Part shown: piece after piece, positions 19,520-30,684 of the stretch
How the letters are laid out: each line of letters starts with the position of its first letter
Position numbering within the stretch: the stretch's first letter is position 1
Source of the DNA: Candidatus Kapaibacterium sp.
GTDB lineage: Bacteria > Bacteroidota > Ignavibacteria > Kapaibacteriales > UBA2268
Length of the DNA stretch: 64,000 nucleotides
Assembly (NCBI GenBank): GCA_963678775.2
Contig: CAXXGR010000004.1
Span: 136,747-200,746, forward strand
Reading direction: 5' to 3'
Translations under genes and position numbers: made by a program
The notes under the pieces: generated by a model
Told to the model about the DNA's origin: nothing
Database searches by the model: none
What the model saw: only the letters and a program-made list of their open reading frames with translations

Positions 19520-21481
19520 TTATTTAATTATTTCTACAGCGTGGGGTATTGTTAGAGTAAAAGTTGCACCTAAATCCTGATTATTATTGTATTTGATAGA
19601 ACTATTAAGCAGCGTCGCCATTTTCTGAGCTACAATCAGAGACATCCCCGTGCCTTTTTCACCCTTTGTACCTGGACGAGACTTTATTCTTTCAGGTGCT
19701 TCAATCTCCATTATATCATCACAGATTCCGACACCATTATCGATAAAGTGTACATATAAATTACCATTGATAACTTCATAGCCGATTTCTACGGTCTGAA
19801 ACGGATGAGAATATTTAATAGAATTGCTCAGAAGGGTTATTACTATGAATTCAACCAAATTCCTATCAGTATTACAGGAATAAAAGTTAGAAAGATGAAT
19901 TATCGAGATATTTTTTAATTTAGCTCTTTTTTGCAAGATGCGCACACATCTGTTTACTATTTCGCTAATATTAGTTTGTTCCGGATGAATCTCTATTTCA
20001 CCTTTATTAATATCATTATAAAGGATCATATAATCAAGAAATTTACGAAGCATTCCGGAAGTTTGATTTAATATTTTTATGGGAGCTTCGTAGTTTTTAG
20101 TAAAAGTGTTTTGTTTAATCTCACTTTCAAGCACATCACTAGAAAACATAATGCCTTGTATCTGGTCTCTGAATTCTCTATAGATGCACTGAAGTAATTT
20201 ATAATCATTTTCCACAACATTCTTTTTATCACTAAATAGAGTCTCTGCTTCTTTTAGTGTATCCTCTAATTTTTCTTTTTCTTCTTCCAAATAGCAAAGC
20301 TTCTTCTTGCGTCTAATGCTCAATACAAATGTAAAGGCAGCAACTGCCGAGATAGACAATGTCAATAGTTGCCAAAAGGACGAATAAAAGGTATAGTTTT
20401 CTGTTACTTCGGCAAGAGTAGAATCCTTGGCAAGCAGTAAAGAGCGTGCTTCATACACTTCAAATGTCTTGTGTGTCTCTTTCAAATCGCTCAGTTCTTC
20501 AAGCTCTCTTAGCTTTTTTAAGTAATAATATGCAGAATCCACCATCCCCTGTGTCTCAAAACATTGACTTAATACCTGGTAATTAGTCTGTAAAATACTC
20601 TTGTAGTTATTCTGTAATCCAATATTTATAGATTTCTTTATATAATAATAAGCTTTTTTATAGTTGCCCATCTTATCATAAATAGCACCTAAACTGGTAA
20701 AAGTGTTTGCAGTTACAAATAAATTATTAGTATCGTTAGACTCCAGCATCTGTTTACCATAAATAAGAGCACTATCCAGCATACCCTCTTTCAAATAGAT
20801 TTCGATAATATTGCTATAGAGCAACGGAAGACTCTCTTTCACATTACTCCTTTTATACCATTTTTCTGCTTTAAAAAACAAGCTTGAGGCAATTTGATTT
20901 TGATTATTATATAAGGCAACAGATCCTAAATTAGCAAGCATGTCATGGTAAAGTCGTGGATATTGAGTAGTGTCGAGTATACTTAATGCTTGTTTGAGGA
21001 CTAGCATTGCTTTAGCATAATCTCCTATCTCAAAATAAATACCTGACATAGAATTATGACACATAACTTGAAGAGAAGTATCATTGCAGTTTGTAGCAAC
21101 ATCTAAAGCTTTATATTGAAACTTCAAGGCTTCTGAATATAAGGAACTCATCTTGTAAACATATGAATACAGTAGCATTGAACGCCCGTATATGTTCCTA
21201 TTGCGCATAAGTCTGACATCGCTTAGATGACGTTCCAAAATGGAGTGAACACTATCCATTTGGCCTATTCGGTTATAGACTCTTGAATAACCAAAAATAA
21301 TATCAGCACTATACTCTTGATTATCTAAATTAGAATAGTAATAGGATAAAATAGGAAGAGATTCCATTGGATTTTGGTCTATATTCTGTATAGCAAAACT
21401 CAAGAGTGAGTCTGACTTTACCGATTCAGACAAATAACAATTTGCCTGTAGAGATTTGGATATTACCAGTAAAACCAGCAT
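19520..21481 (-). CDS. TPR-repeat membrane sensor histidine kinase-like protein (phospho-His absent)
   Basis: TPR helices, one TM segment, LLSNSIKYS / DNGVGI / GEKGTGMSL HATPase boxes; the H-box reads YREFRDQI. Confidence 0.8.
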   Translation of the reverse strand: MLVLLVISKSLQANCYLSESVKSDSLLSFAIQNIDQNPMESLPILSYYYSNLDNQEYSADIIFGYSRVYNRIGQMDSVHSILERHLSDVRLMRNRNIYGRSMLLYSYVYKMSSLYSEALKFQYKALDVATNCNDTSLQVMCHNSMSGIYFEIGDYAKAMLVLKQALSILDTTQYPRLYHDMLANLGSVALYNNQNQIASSLFFKAEKWYKRSNVKESLPLLYSNIIEIYLKEGMLDSALIYGKQMLESNDTNNLFVTANTFTSLGAIYDKMGNYKKAYYYIKKSINIGLQNNYKSILQTNYQVLSQCFETQGMVDSAYYYLKKLRELEELSDLKETHKTFEVYEARSLLLAKDSTLAEVTENYTFYSSFWQLLTLSISAVAAFTFVLSIRRKKKLCYLEEEKEKLEDTLKEAETLFSDKKNVVENDYKLLQCIYREFRDQIQGIMFSSDVLESEIKQNTFTKNYEAPIKILNQTSGMLRKFLDYMILYNDINKGEIEIHPEQTNISEIVNRCVRILQKRAKLKNISIIHLSNFYSCNTDRNLVEFIVITLLSNSIKYSHPFQTVEIGYEVINGNLYVHFIDNGVGICDDIMEIEAPERIKSRPGTKGEKGTGMSLIVAQKMATLLNSSIKYNNNQDLGATFTLTIPHAVEIIK

Positions 21482-22051
21482 TATTATAAAAGCTTTTCTA
21501 ATGACTAACTCCTAAATGCTTCTAAACTAAATTACTAAATAAAATATTTTTGACTACCCAATTCCATTATCATAAGATAAGAAAAAAACATAATATATAA
21601 TACTTATAATTTGGTATTATTTTATATATTCTTACCTATTAAACTTTAGCTATTTACACGTTACAATCTGTATTAATACTGATTTAGATAGATATTATAC
21701 TTAGATACATCACAATATTTCGGTAATTATTGGATAAATATTTCTATTTATGGTGAGTCAAATTTATTATACAATTAGAAACCGGCAAGTAATAAAATGA
21801 GATAGGAATATAAAATCAGCAATATTATTTATTTTTAAACCTCTTTGCTCCAAAGACGTATATGTTGATAAATTCAGTCGTTTTTTCTTAGTTCAAGCCT
21901 TATATTGCAGTCTGCAATAATGTTAAATAACTGAATCTTTAGCAATTTCCAAATATTCTATATTTGATACGTCCAAATTATTAAGGATGTTTACATTTAG
22001 GCAAAGCTAATAAAACGTATAAATAATTTAATAACAAAGGTTTCAGGAGCT

Positions 22052-24601
22052 ATGGAAGGAAATTTTTCTAATAGGGTAAACGAAGTAATCAAGTTAAGCC
22101 GAGAAGAAGCAATTCGATTGGGACATGATTACATTGGCACAGAACATCTGCTCCTTGGTATTATCAGGGAAGGCGAGGGAATTGCTTGCCAAATCCTTAA
22201 AAATCTTGGCTCGGATTTATACAAACTTAAAAAAAGTATAGAAGAAACTGTAAGACCTTCTACTTCCACTCTTACCATAGGTAATATCCCGCTTACAAAG
22301 CAAGCGGAAAAAGTTCTCAAAATTACTTATTTGGAAGCGAAGTTATATAAATCTGATATGATAGGCACTGAGCACTTGCTTTTGTCTCTCCTTAGAGATG
22401 ACGAAAATATCGCTGCTCAGATATTGTTCCAATTTACTATCAACTATGATTCTGTAAGGAAAGAACTGGATAATATTATCAGCGGGAACCCCTCTCCTCC
22501 TCCGCCTCAGCAGCATTCTACAAAATCTACTAAGCAAACTAAGGAAAGAGTAAAAACTCCTGTACTTGATAACTTTGGTAGAGATTTGACTAAGCTCGCT
22601 ATGGAGGACAAACTGGATCCGGTAATAGGTAGGCAAAAGGAAATCGAACGTGTCTCTCAGGTACTTTCTCGTCGCAAGAAAAACAACCCTGTCCTTATTG
22701 GAGAGCCGGGAGTTGGTAAAACTGCAATAGTAGAAGGCTTAGCTCTGAGAATCATTAAAAAACAAGTATCTCGTGTGCTTTTCGACAAGCGAATCGTTAC
22801 GCTTGACCTTGCTTCTCTTGTAGCAGGAACTAAGTACAGAGGTCAGTTCGAAGAAAGAATGAAAGCTGTCATCAATGAACTCGAAAAAGCAAAAGATGTA
22901 ATTCTATTTATTGATGAGATACATACCATTGTTGGCGCAGGCGGAGCCTCCGGCTCGCTCGATGCCTCAAATATGTTTAAACCGGCACTTGCTCGCGGTG
23001 ATATACAGTGTATCGGAGCTACTACTTTAGACGAATACAGACAAAATATTGAAAAAGATGGTGCTTTGGAGCGCCGTTTCCAAAAAATACTTGTGGAACA
23101 ACCTTCTATCGAAGAAACTAGAATTATCTTAGATAAAATCAAAGACAGATATGAAGAACACCACAACGTAGTATACTCTGAAGATGCATTGGACACTTGC
23201 GTAAGGCTCGCTGAAAGATATATATCTGACAGAATGTTCCCTGATAAAGCTATTGACGTATTAGACGAGGCAGGCGCAAGAGTGCATTTGTCCAATATCT
23301 CAGTGCCTGTGCATATTTTAGAATTTGAACAAAAAATAGAAGATATTAAACTTGAGAAGAACCAAGTTGTAAAACAGCAAAACTTCGAAGAAGCTGCCAG
23401 ACTTCGCGACTCCGAAAAACGCTTACAAGCGGAATTAGAAGAAGCAAAAGAAGCATGGGAAAAACAAGTTTCCGAAAAAGTCTATCCTGTGACTGAAGAT
23501 GATATCTCTGACATTGTTGCTATGATTACAGGTGTACCTGTAAACAAAGTCGCAGAAAGCGAATCTAAAAAACTTCTTCAACTTGCTGATGATCTTAAGA
23601 AAATGGTTGTAGGTCAGGACAATGCTATTCATGAACTTGCTAAAGCTATCAGAAGGGCTAGAGCCGGACTTAAAGATCCGTCTAGACCTATTGGCTCGTT
23701 TATGTTTTTAGGACCTACCGGTGTCGGTAAAACAGAACTTGCCAAAGCCTTAGCTCGTGTTATGTTTGACTCAGAGGACGCTCTTATCAGAGTGGACATG
23801 AGTGAATACATGGAGAAATATAGTGTATCCAGATTCGTAGGAGCCCCTCCGGGATATGTAGGCTATGAAGAAGGTGGCCAGCTTACCGAAAAAGTAAGAC
23901 GTAAACCTTATAGCATCATACTACTTGATGAGATAGAAAAAGCTCACCCGGATGTATTTAATGTGCTTCTTCAAGTGTTTGATGATGGACAGCTTACTGA
24001 CGGTAACGGTAGAAAAGTAGACTTCAAAAATACTATCATTATTATGACTTCTAACGTTGGTACGAAAGACGTTAAAGCAGGCGGTAAAATCGGTTTTTCC
24101 GAAAACACCCCTGATAGTGAGTACGATGCGATCAAAAATACAATCGAAGATTCTGTTAAAAATATATTCAATCCTGAATTTATTAATAGAATAGATGATT
24201 TGATTATATTTCGCAAACTTACTAAAGATAATATATACGGTATTATAAAAATTCAGCTTGACATGTTAAAAACTAGAATGAAAGTCAATAACATGACTTT
24301 GGAATTTGATCAGGCAGCTATGGATATGCTGGTAGACAAAGGTTTTGACGACAAATATGGCGCGAGACCTTTGAGAAGAGCTCTTCAGAAACACGTAGAA
24401 GATGAACTGGCTGAAGAAATGCTAAAAGGCAATCTGCTACCAGGAGCTCAGATAGTAGGAACTCTTAATAAAGAAACTAATAAAATCGAATATAATTTCA
24501 ACGGTGGCGAAAAGGTTATCGATGAACGGAATTTGGATACTCCAATTATAGAAGAAAAAGAAAACTTCGATATTAAACCAAGAGATATGAACGAAAATTA
24601 G
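22052..24601 (+). CDS. clpC: ATP-dependent Clp protease ATPase ClpC
   Basis: Double Clp-N repeat, [11 protein letters not shown] domain, [21 protein letters not shown]; AGGAG RBS. Confidence 0.95.
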   Translation: MEGNFSNRVNEVIKLSREEAIRLGHDYIGTEHLLLGIIREGEGIACQILKNLGSDLYKLKKSIEETVRPSTSTLTIGNIPLTKQAEKVLKITYLEAKLYKSDMIGTEHLLLSLLRDDENIAAQILFQFTINYDSVRKELDNIISGNPSPPPPQQHSTKSTKQTKERVKTPVLDNFGRDLTKLAMEDKLDPVIGRQKEIERVSQVLSRRKKNNPVLIGEPGVGKTAIVEGLALRIIKKQVSRVLFDKRIVTLDLASLVAGTKYRGQFEERMKAVINELEKAKDVILFIDEIHTIVGAGGASGSLDASNMFKPALARGDIQCIGATTLDEYRQNIEKDGALERRFQKILVEQPSIEETRIILDKIKDRYEEHHNVVYSEDALDTCVRLAERYISDRMFPDKAIDVLDEAGARVHLSNISVPVHILEFEQKIEDIKLEKNQVVKQQNFEEAARLRDSEKRLQAELEEAKEAWEKQVSEKVYPVTEDDISDIVAMITGVPVNKVAESESKKLLQLADDLKKMVVGQDNAIHELAKAIRRARAGLKDPSRPIGSFMFLGPTGVGKTELAKALARVMFDSEDALIRVDMSEYMEKYSVSRFVGAPPGYVGYEEGGQLTEKVRRKPYSIILLDEIEKAHPDVFNVLLQVFDDGQLTDGNGRKVDFKNTIIIMTSNVGTKDVKAGGKIGFSENTPDSEYDAIKNTIEDSVKNIFNPEFINRIDDLIIFRKLTKDNIYGIIKIQLDMLKTRMKVNNMTLEFDQAAMDMLVDKGFDDKYGARPLRRALQKHVEDELAEEMLKGNLLPGAQIVGTLNKETNKIEYNFNGGEKVIDERNLDTPIIEEKENFDIKPRDMNEN

Positions 24602-24626
24602 AATATAAGATATTCCCGATTTTAAT

Positions 24627-24661
24627 GAGCCTCTGCTTTACAAAAGCAGGGGCTTTTTTTT
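24627..24661 (+). terminator. Rho-independent terminator of clpC
   Basis: GAGCCTCTGCTTT-ACA-AAAGCAGGGGCT followed by a T run. Confidence 0.85.
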
Positions 24662-24679
24662 ATCCACCATTGGAATATT

Positions 24680-24859
24680 AAACCCGGATTTATCATTAGA
24701 TGTCATTATAGTACAGTAAATGACCGTAGAACCAACAAGCATACTTACTTTCACTGTAAAAAAATATTACGTAATTACTTATTGAACAAGGGGTTTCAAC
24801 CACTTACCATTCAATAACTTTAAAGCTTTTATATCTTTTCTAATGACAAATCTCGAATT
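24680..24859. mobile_element. MITE-like element copy 2
   Basis: Right end TCTAATGACAAATCTCGAATT is the reverse complement of the copy 1 left end at 19/21; shared GACCGTAGAA and ATTGAACAAGGGGTTTCAACC blocks. Confidence 0.75.
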
Positions 24860-24887
24860 AAACTAGTTCCTATAGATAGAAATATAT

Positions 24888-24931
24888 AAAAAAAACTCGA
24901 CTACAAAGTTATATATAGCCGAGTTTTTTTT
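24888..24931. terminator. Bidirectional terminator
   Basis: A8-CTCGACTA...TAGCCGAG-T8. Confidence 0.7.
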
Positions 24932-24954
24932 ATATCAAATTTTCAATTATTTTA

Positions 24955-25539
24955 CTAAAATCCTATCCCCAAACCAACACCATATACAACATAAACTGTG
25001 CTTTCTATAATATCTGCACTAATGGTAGGTGTGATTGAAAATTGCTGATAATGAAAGTCATAGCCCGCACCAAATCTCACGAAAAAGTGTGAGTTAGATT
25101 CTACTACATTTTCCTCCAAATTACTTTCCCCACCGGCTAAAATCCTATCTTGAGGCATAAGCTTTTGAGCGGTCGGCGTCTCTCCTGTAGGTGTAGCATG
25201 ATCTACAGCGCTGGCAGTAATATAACCGGGAGCAAAATACACCTTCAAACCCTGCCAAGGATGTACAAATAGAGGCAATGCTGCTATATATTCAGTGTGC
25301 TCTGCCATTACTATTTCACCTATCACACCCACACCCACATTTGGAGTAGTATGGATAAAGCGGTATTCATAATCTATACCAAGTGTAAAGTTAAACTCAA
25401 AAGCAATATCTGTATCTGTAGTGCCGCCCAGAAATATTCCGGCATGATGAGGATGTACTTCTTGCTCATGGCTTTCCTGTGCCGAAAGATTTACAAATGA
25501 CGCAAATGTTACAAATATTCCCAGTATCAAATATTTCAT
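24955..25539 (-). CDS. Small outer-membrane beta-barrel protein with His-rich N-terminus
   Basis: Signal peptide, SHEQEVHPHH, amphipathic strands, C-terminal GVGLGIGF. Confidence 0.65.
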   Translation of the reverse strand: MKYLILGIFVTFASFVNLSAQESHEQEVHPHHAGIFLGGTTDTDIAFEFNFTLGIDYEYRFIHTTPNVGVGVIGEIVMAEHTEYIAALPLFVHPWQGLKVYFAPGYITASAVDHATPTGETPTAQKLMPQDRILAGGESNLEENVVESNSHFFVRFGAGYDFHYQQFSITPTISADIIESTVYVVYGVGLGIGF

Positions 25540-26508
25540 TTAAGCCCCCTTTTTGCGAATAAAAATAAAGATAATTCCACCTGCAATCAGCGAGACTAAC
25601 AGCATAAAACTGCCCATATAAATCATACCCGGTGTAGATAAGAAATCTTTTTCTATAACAGGGACTTCAAATTTATTCATATCAGTAGGACCGGCTTTTT
25701 TATCTTTACCGGATTTCAGTAGTTCTGCCTGATGCGGATGCTGCCCCAGCCATCTTACCTTACCTGTTTCTATGTCGTAAATAGCACCAATAACTGCAAG
25801 TTTACCTTTAGCAACAAGCTCTCTGGCATCTTTCGAAAAGTAGAATAAGTCACTTACAGATTGCCAAACATTCTCTTCTATTGCATAAGGTATCAAATCC
25901 TCCCCTTTGTAGAAATTATATTTAGCTTCTGCTTTTTTTACTGCTGGTACTATATTATCTACAAGAGCAGGGATATTTCCATGTACTTTATCATTCATTG
26001 TGACAGCCGTTACCGCACCGCAATGAGTGTGACCCAACACTACCATTACGGGAGTGCTTAGGTGAGCTATACCATACTCTATGGAGCCTATTTCATCAAC
26101 ATCGCTGACATTACCTGCCACTTTTATAACAAACAAATCTCCAATGCCCTGGTCAAAAAGAATTTCAACAGGAACTCTGGAATCCGAGCATGCCATAACA
26201 GTCGCAAATGGTTTTTGGCCTTCAGTTCCGGTATTATATCGAACTCCTTCGTCCAATCGAGGGTGCACTGATCTGCCTTCTAAAAATCGCAAATTACCTG
26301 CTTTTAGCTTCTCTATTGCCATTTTTACTTCACCACTATACTCTTCCGCGGCATGTTCTTCAGCAGGCTGTTCTCCATTAGCTTCAGATTCTGATTCAGT
26401 TGCATGTTCAGTGTTATCAGTATGCGTATCATGACTTTCGGATTCCGAAGTAGCAAGTATAACACAGGGTACAAACAAAAGTAAAAAAACAAGATTAGCG
26501 AGTTTCAT
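25540..26508 (-). CDS. Exported beta-class carbonic anhydrase with C-terminal membrane anchor
   Basis: LKAGNLRF, CSDSR and GHTHCGAV Zn ligands; signal peptide; acidic/His linker; C-terminal TM helix followed by RKK. Confidence 0.88.
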   Translation of the reverse strand: MKLANLVFLLLFVPCVILATSESESHDTHTDNTEHATESESEANGEQPAEEHAAEEYSGEVKMAIEKLKAGNLRFLEGRSVHPRLDEGVRYNTGTEGQKPFATVMACSDSRVPVEILFDQGIGDLFVIKVAGNVSDVDEIGSIEYGIAHLSTPVMVVLGHTHCGAVTAVTMNDKVHGNIPALVDNIVPAVKKAEAKYNFYKGEDLIPYAIEENVWQSVSDLFYFSKDARELVAKGKLAVIGAIYDIETGKVRWLGQHPHQAELLKSGKDKKAGPTDMNKFEVPVIEKDFLSTPGMIYMGSFMLLVSLIAGGIIFIFIRKKGA

Positions 26509-26859
26509 ATATTCTCCATTTTAAGTTATTATCTAATATAGCGTACTTATTCTTAAAATATTTTGGCAATTGCAATTTCACAATCATGCTATATAAATAT
26601 AATTTTCAAACAAATACCAATTACTATTGAGATATCTTTATAAAAGTATATTCAAACAGACTAAGTTCATCCAATATCGGCATATAAAATATATATCATA
26701 ATAATTATAACATAAAATTAATTAGGTAAATGACAAATTGAAGTTAACTTTGTATACAACTGTGAAATATTGTCAACCTATCAATTTTAGATTCTTTATT
26801 TCCACTAATTAGATAACAATCATTTTTCTTGCCAATTTATATTATGTTTGGGAGATAGT

Positions 26860-28347
26860 ATGGAAAAATTTAAAAATTACATCAACGGACAGTGGGTCGA
26901 AGCCATGTCCGGTAAAACATTTCAGAACATTAACCCCGCCAATAAAGAAGACATCATTGGCGAATTTGCTCTTTCTGATCAAGCTGACGTAGATAACGCA
27001 GTTAAAGCTGCTAAAGAAGCATATAAAACTTGGAAAAAAATCCCTGCACCAAAACGTGGCGATTTGCTCAAAAAAGCAGGTGACATATTTGTTAGACGCA
27101 AAAAAGAACTTGCTGAAATAATGACTCGCGAAATGGGTAAACCTACTTTCGAAACCGAAGGTGACGTACAGGAAGCTATAGATACTGCTTTCTATGCAGC
27201 CAGTGAAACTCGTCGTCTTTTTGGTTTCACCGCTCCATCTGAAATGGATAACAAGATGAACATGTCTTTCAGAGTTCCTTTAGGTGTTTGCGGTATTATT
27301 ACTGCTTGGAACTTCCCGGTAGCTGTTCCTTCTTGGAAAATCCTTCCGGCATTGGCTGCAGGTAACACTGTTGTCTATAAACCTTCTAAAGAATCACCTC
27401 ACTCAGGTGTAATCTTTGCAGAAATATTAGAAGAAGCAGGCTTCCCTAAGGGCGTATTTAATTTATTGACAGGTAAAGGCTCCATGGGTAACCTAATGGT
27501 AGAACACCCTGATATCGATCTTATCGGTTTCACTGGTTCTACTAATATTGGTTTCCAAATTGGTGAAATTTGCGGTAGAACTAATAAAAAATGCTCTCTT
27601 GAAATGGGCGGTAAAAATGCTCAAATCGTGATGGCAGACGCAAATATGGAAATAGCTATCGAAGGTGCATTATGGGGTGCTTTTGGTACTACCGGTCAAA
27701 GATGTACTGCTACTTCTCGCTGCATCGTGCACAAAGATGTATACGATGAATTCTTAGAAAAGATGAAAGCAAGAGCAGAAAAATTAAAATTGGGATATGG
27801 TCTTCTTAAAGAAACAGAAGTTGGCCCGGTTATCCACGAAGGCTCATTGCAAAACTGCTTAAACTATGTAGACATAGCTGTAAAAGACGGCGGTAGATTA
27901 GTTACAGGCGGTAAAAGAGCTACTGAAGGCGAATTAGCAAAAGGTTATTTCATGCAGCCTACTATCATCGCTGATGTGACTAAAGACCACACTATCTTCA
28001 ACGAAGAAATTTTCGGCCCTGTGCTTGCTGTAACTAAATGTGACTCGTTAGATGATGCTATCGAATTGCAAAATCATTGCGAATTTGGTCTTTCCTCTGC
28101 TATCTTTACTCGTGACGTAAACGCTGCATTTAAAGCTATCAGAGACATCGAAGCCGGCATTACTTATATCAATGCTCCTACTATCGGCGCTGAAGCTCAC
28201 ATGCCTTTTGGCGGAGTCAAAGGCACTGGTAACGGCCACAGAGAAGGTGGATGGACTGTATTTGATATCTTCACAGAATGGAAAACTGTTTACGTGGACT
28301 ACTCTGACAAGCTTCAAAGAGCTCAAATAGATAACTATGACGACTAA
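26860..28347 (+). CDS. Aldehyde dehydrogenase
   Basis: WNFP, FTGST, LEMGGKN, GQRCTA, EEIFGP, PFGGVKGTGNG. Confidence 0.95.
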   Translation: MEKFKNYINGQWVEAMSGKTFQNINPANKEDIIGEFALSDQADVDNAVKAAKEAYKTWKKIPAPKRGDLLKKAGDIFVRRKKELAEIMTREMGKPTFETEGDVQEAIDTAFYAASETRRLFGFTAPSEMDNKMNMSFRVPLGVCGIITAWNFPVAVPSWKILPALAAGNTVVYKPSKESPHSGVIFAEILEEAGFPKGVFNLLTGKGSMGNLMVEHPDIDLIGFTGSTNIGFQIGEICGRTNKKCSLEMGGKNAQIVMADANMEIAIEGALWGAFGTTGQRCTATSRCIVHKDVYDEFLEKMKARAEKLKLGYGLLKETEVGPVIHEGSLQNCLNYVDIAVKDGGRLVTGGKRATEGELAKGYFMQPTIIADVTKDHTIFNEEIFGPVLAVTKCDSLDDAIELQNHCEFGLSSAIFTRDVNAAFKAIRDIEAGITYINAPTIGAEAHMPFGGVKGTGNGHREGGWTVFDIFTEWKTVYVDYSDKLQRAQIDNYDD

Positions 28348-28377
28348 ATTTTAATCTGATATATTATAAAGCATATA

Positions 28378-28409
28378 AGACCGTAGGCGAAATGCCTGCG
28401 GTTTTTTTT
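28378..28409 (+). terminator. Rho-independent terminator
   Basis: ACCGTAGGC-GAAAT-GCCTGCGGT followed by a T run. Confidence 0.85.
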
Positions 28410-28564
28410 GTATTAGTCAATTTTAGAAATTATTGGCTCAAATATTTTCTGCTATAAAAAATCCTCAAACCTCTTCTTGCATAGAAAATTATTATTCCCA
28501 ATTTTCTAAACATATTTTGTTATATTTCACATCTGTATTTACTAATATTATCTTAACTATAGCC

Positions 28565-29116
28565 ATGAAAACTATGCATATCATATTACTTATTCTGATA
28601 ACATTCCATACTACTTTAGTGGCTGACGAACTTGTGATTGGTCTGGAAAGTGCAATGCAAAAAGACGCAGATCATGTTACTCAGCTCTGCCTCGGAGGGA
28701 GCTCTCTGTCAGATTTGCCTGATTTTTTATGTGAACTTACTAAGTTGACTTATCTAAATATAGCTCAAAATAAATTAACAGCTTTACCTCCTTGTTTTTT
28801 GAATTTTGATAAACTAGAAGAACTCAACCTATCAGCAAACTATCTGCAGGATATTTCAGCTTTAAAACAAATGAAATCACTCAAAATTTTAGATTTGTCT
28901 CTAAACGATTCTTTAGATATAAATGACCTTGATATTTTAAGTGATTTGGAGCAACTCAGGCACTTAGATTTAAGTTATCTAAATTTAAATCACTTACCGC
29001 AATCTATCTATTTGCTAAAAAATCTAAAAGAGCTTATATTGACAGGAAACACGATTACAAAAAAAGATTTAGAAATTTTGAAACAAAACAACCGAAACAT
29101 ACATATTATTATATAA
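28565..29116 (+). CDS. Exported leucine-rich repeat protein
   Basis: Signal peptide from ATG 28565; repeated LxxLxLxxNxL. Confidence 0.8.
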   Translation: MKTMHIILLILITFHTTLVADELVIGLESAMQKDADHVTQLCLGGSSLSDLPDFLCELTKLTYLNIAQNKLTALPPCFLNFDKLEELNLSANYLQDISALKQMKSLKILDLSLNDSLDINDLDILSDLEQLRHLDLSYLNLNHLPQSIYLLKNLKELILTGNTITKKDLEILKQNNRNIHIII

Positions 29117-29124
29117 GGACCAAT

Positions 29125-29853
29125 ATGAAAAAGATAATTTTAGCATTTATTGCTCTCACTTTCGTGACAGCTTGTCAGCAAAATACTCAAACAGCAAAAG
29201 ACACTTTAAGTGATTATAAACCAAAAACAGAATCTGAAAGACTCAGCTATTCAATGGGCAACCAATTTGGCAAAGAGCTCGCTAACGACCAAAGAGCTTA
29301 TGACATGGACGCCATGCTTGCAGGCATAAAAGCTGCTTGGTCTAAATCAGAAACCTCCTTAACTGAAGAGGAGATGACTATGATTATCAAAGAGCAAATG
29401 AAAAAAGAAAGAGAAGAAAAAGTCAAAGCACGCGATGAACGATGGGAAGCCAGAAACAAATTGGGTGAATTTTACCAACTGCATTCTAAACAGTATCTTG
29501 AAAATCACGCCAAAGAAGAGGGTGTGAAAATAACTGACTCAGGCTTGCATTATAAACATATAGTTGTGGGCCAAGGTAAATCTCCTAAAATGGGCGATCA
29601 GGTAGAAATACAGATCAAAGGCAATTTTATAGATGGCAAAGAATTTGAAAATACTTATACCAGACAACCCGTACATGTAAAAATCGGAGCTAACTCCAAA
29701 GGGCTCGACGAAGCTCTAATGATGATGAAAGCAGGAGGCAAATCAGAATTTGTAATCCCTGAAGAATTGGGTTATGGTGCAGAAGGTGCCGGATTGACAA
29801 TACCGCCACATGCGATATTAATTTACGAAATTGAACTTTTAAAAGTACTTTAG
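29125..29853 (+). CDS. FKBP-type peptidyl-prolyl isomerase lipoprotein (FkpA/Mip-like)
   Basis: Lipobox VTA-C; LSYSMG, TDSGLHY, IPEELGYG, IPPHAILIYEIELL. Confidence 0.9.
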   Translation: MKKIILAFIALTFVTACQQNTQTAKDTLSDYKPKTESERLSYSMGNQFGKELANDQRAYDMDAMLAGIKAAWSKSETSLTEEEMTMIIKEQMKKEREEKVKARDERWEARNKLGEFYQLHSKQYLENHAKEEGVKITDSGLHYKHIVVGQGKSPKMGDQVEIQIKGNFIDGKEFENTYTRQPVHVKIGANSKGLDEALMMMKAGGKSEFVIPEELGYGAEGAGLTIPPHAILIYEIELLKVL

Positions 29854-29932
29854 CATTTTTGAGTTTGTTTTTTATAACTTTTAGTCTTAACTTTTAAAAA
29901 ATATGAGTTTAATCCTATATATGGAAAGTGCT

Positions 29933-30580
29933 ATGAAATCTTTATTTTTTGCGATGGTAATAGTTGCCCTTTTGCTCCCTTTAACAACTATTGAGTCTAA
30001 CGCTCAATTCTGGGAAGGCTCTACTGAGCAAGAAGAAAAAACTGAGAAAACTGAAACTACTGAAGAAAACCCGGACGGAACTACCGGTTGGGGCGATGAG
30101 TGGAAAGGTAATAAAATCTCTAAAGAAGATTACCCTTACTATAGAGAATCTTTTGATACTACTTTCACTGACGTAGATTTTGCTACTGTTTGGAATTCAA
30201 TTATCGAAGTTTGTGATGCTGAAAAAATATTCTTTATTACAAAACGAACTAAACAAGATGATGAAGGTCTTTACAAAGGCATTATCAAATCTGACTACTT
30301 CATTTTTGTAGATGGTGCTGATGACACGTATGACATATTAAAAAAATACAGCTTTAAGGATCTACCTTTTATTCGTGGTGGCATTTGGCAAAACGGTCGC
30401 GTGCAGTATAAAATGATTCTAAAGGAAGAATCTGACGGTACCGTAAACTTAGTGATTAAATGCGAAATAAGCGGTTACGAGTCACTTGTGACTGAAGAAG
30501 TATCATTTTGGAGCTCCAACGGATACTTCGAAACACAGATTTTAGACAAAATTGGTAAACAGGTTACTGCTAATAAATAG
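29933..30580 (+). CDS. Exported hypothetical protein
   Basis: Signal peptide, acidic N-terminal linker, host-like codon usage. Confidence 0.7.
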   Translation: MKSLFFAMVIVALLLPLTTIESNAQFWEGSTEQEEKTEKTETTEENPDGTTGWGDEWKGNKISKEDYPYYRESFDTTFTDVDFATVWNSIIEVCDAEKIFFITKRTKQDDEGLYKGIIKSDYFIFVDGADDTYDILKKYSFKDLPFIRGGIWQNGRVQYKMILKEESDGTVNLVIKCEISGYESLVTEEVSFWSSNGYFETQILDKIGKQVTANK

Positions 30581-30596
30581 TTCCGAATATTTACCT

Positions 30597-30635
30597 AAAA
30601 AAGCGATACTCCTGAAAAGAAGTATCGCTTTTTTT
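30597..30635. terminator. Bidirectional terminator
   Basis: AAAAAAGCGATACT...AGTATCGCTTTTTTT between convergent genes. Confidence 0.85.
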
Positions 30636-30684
30636 GTAAGAAAATGTATCTGATATATTTCTATGGTTTCATATCAAACCAAGC

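Noticed and set aside
18908-24859. Composite transposon bounded by the two MITE copies
   Set aside because: The copies are substantially diverged and enclose the core gene clpC; independent insertions are more plausible.
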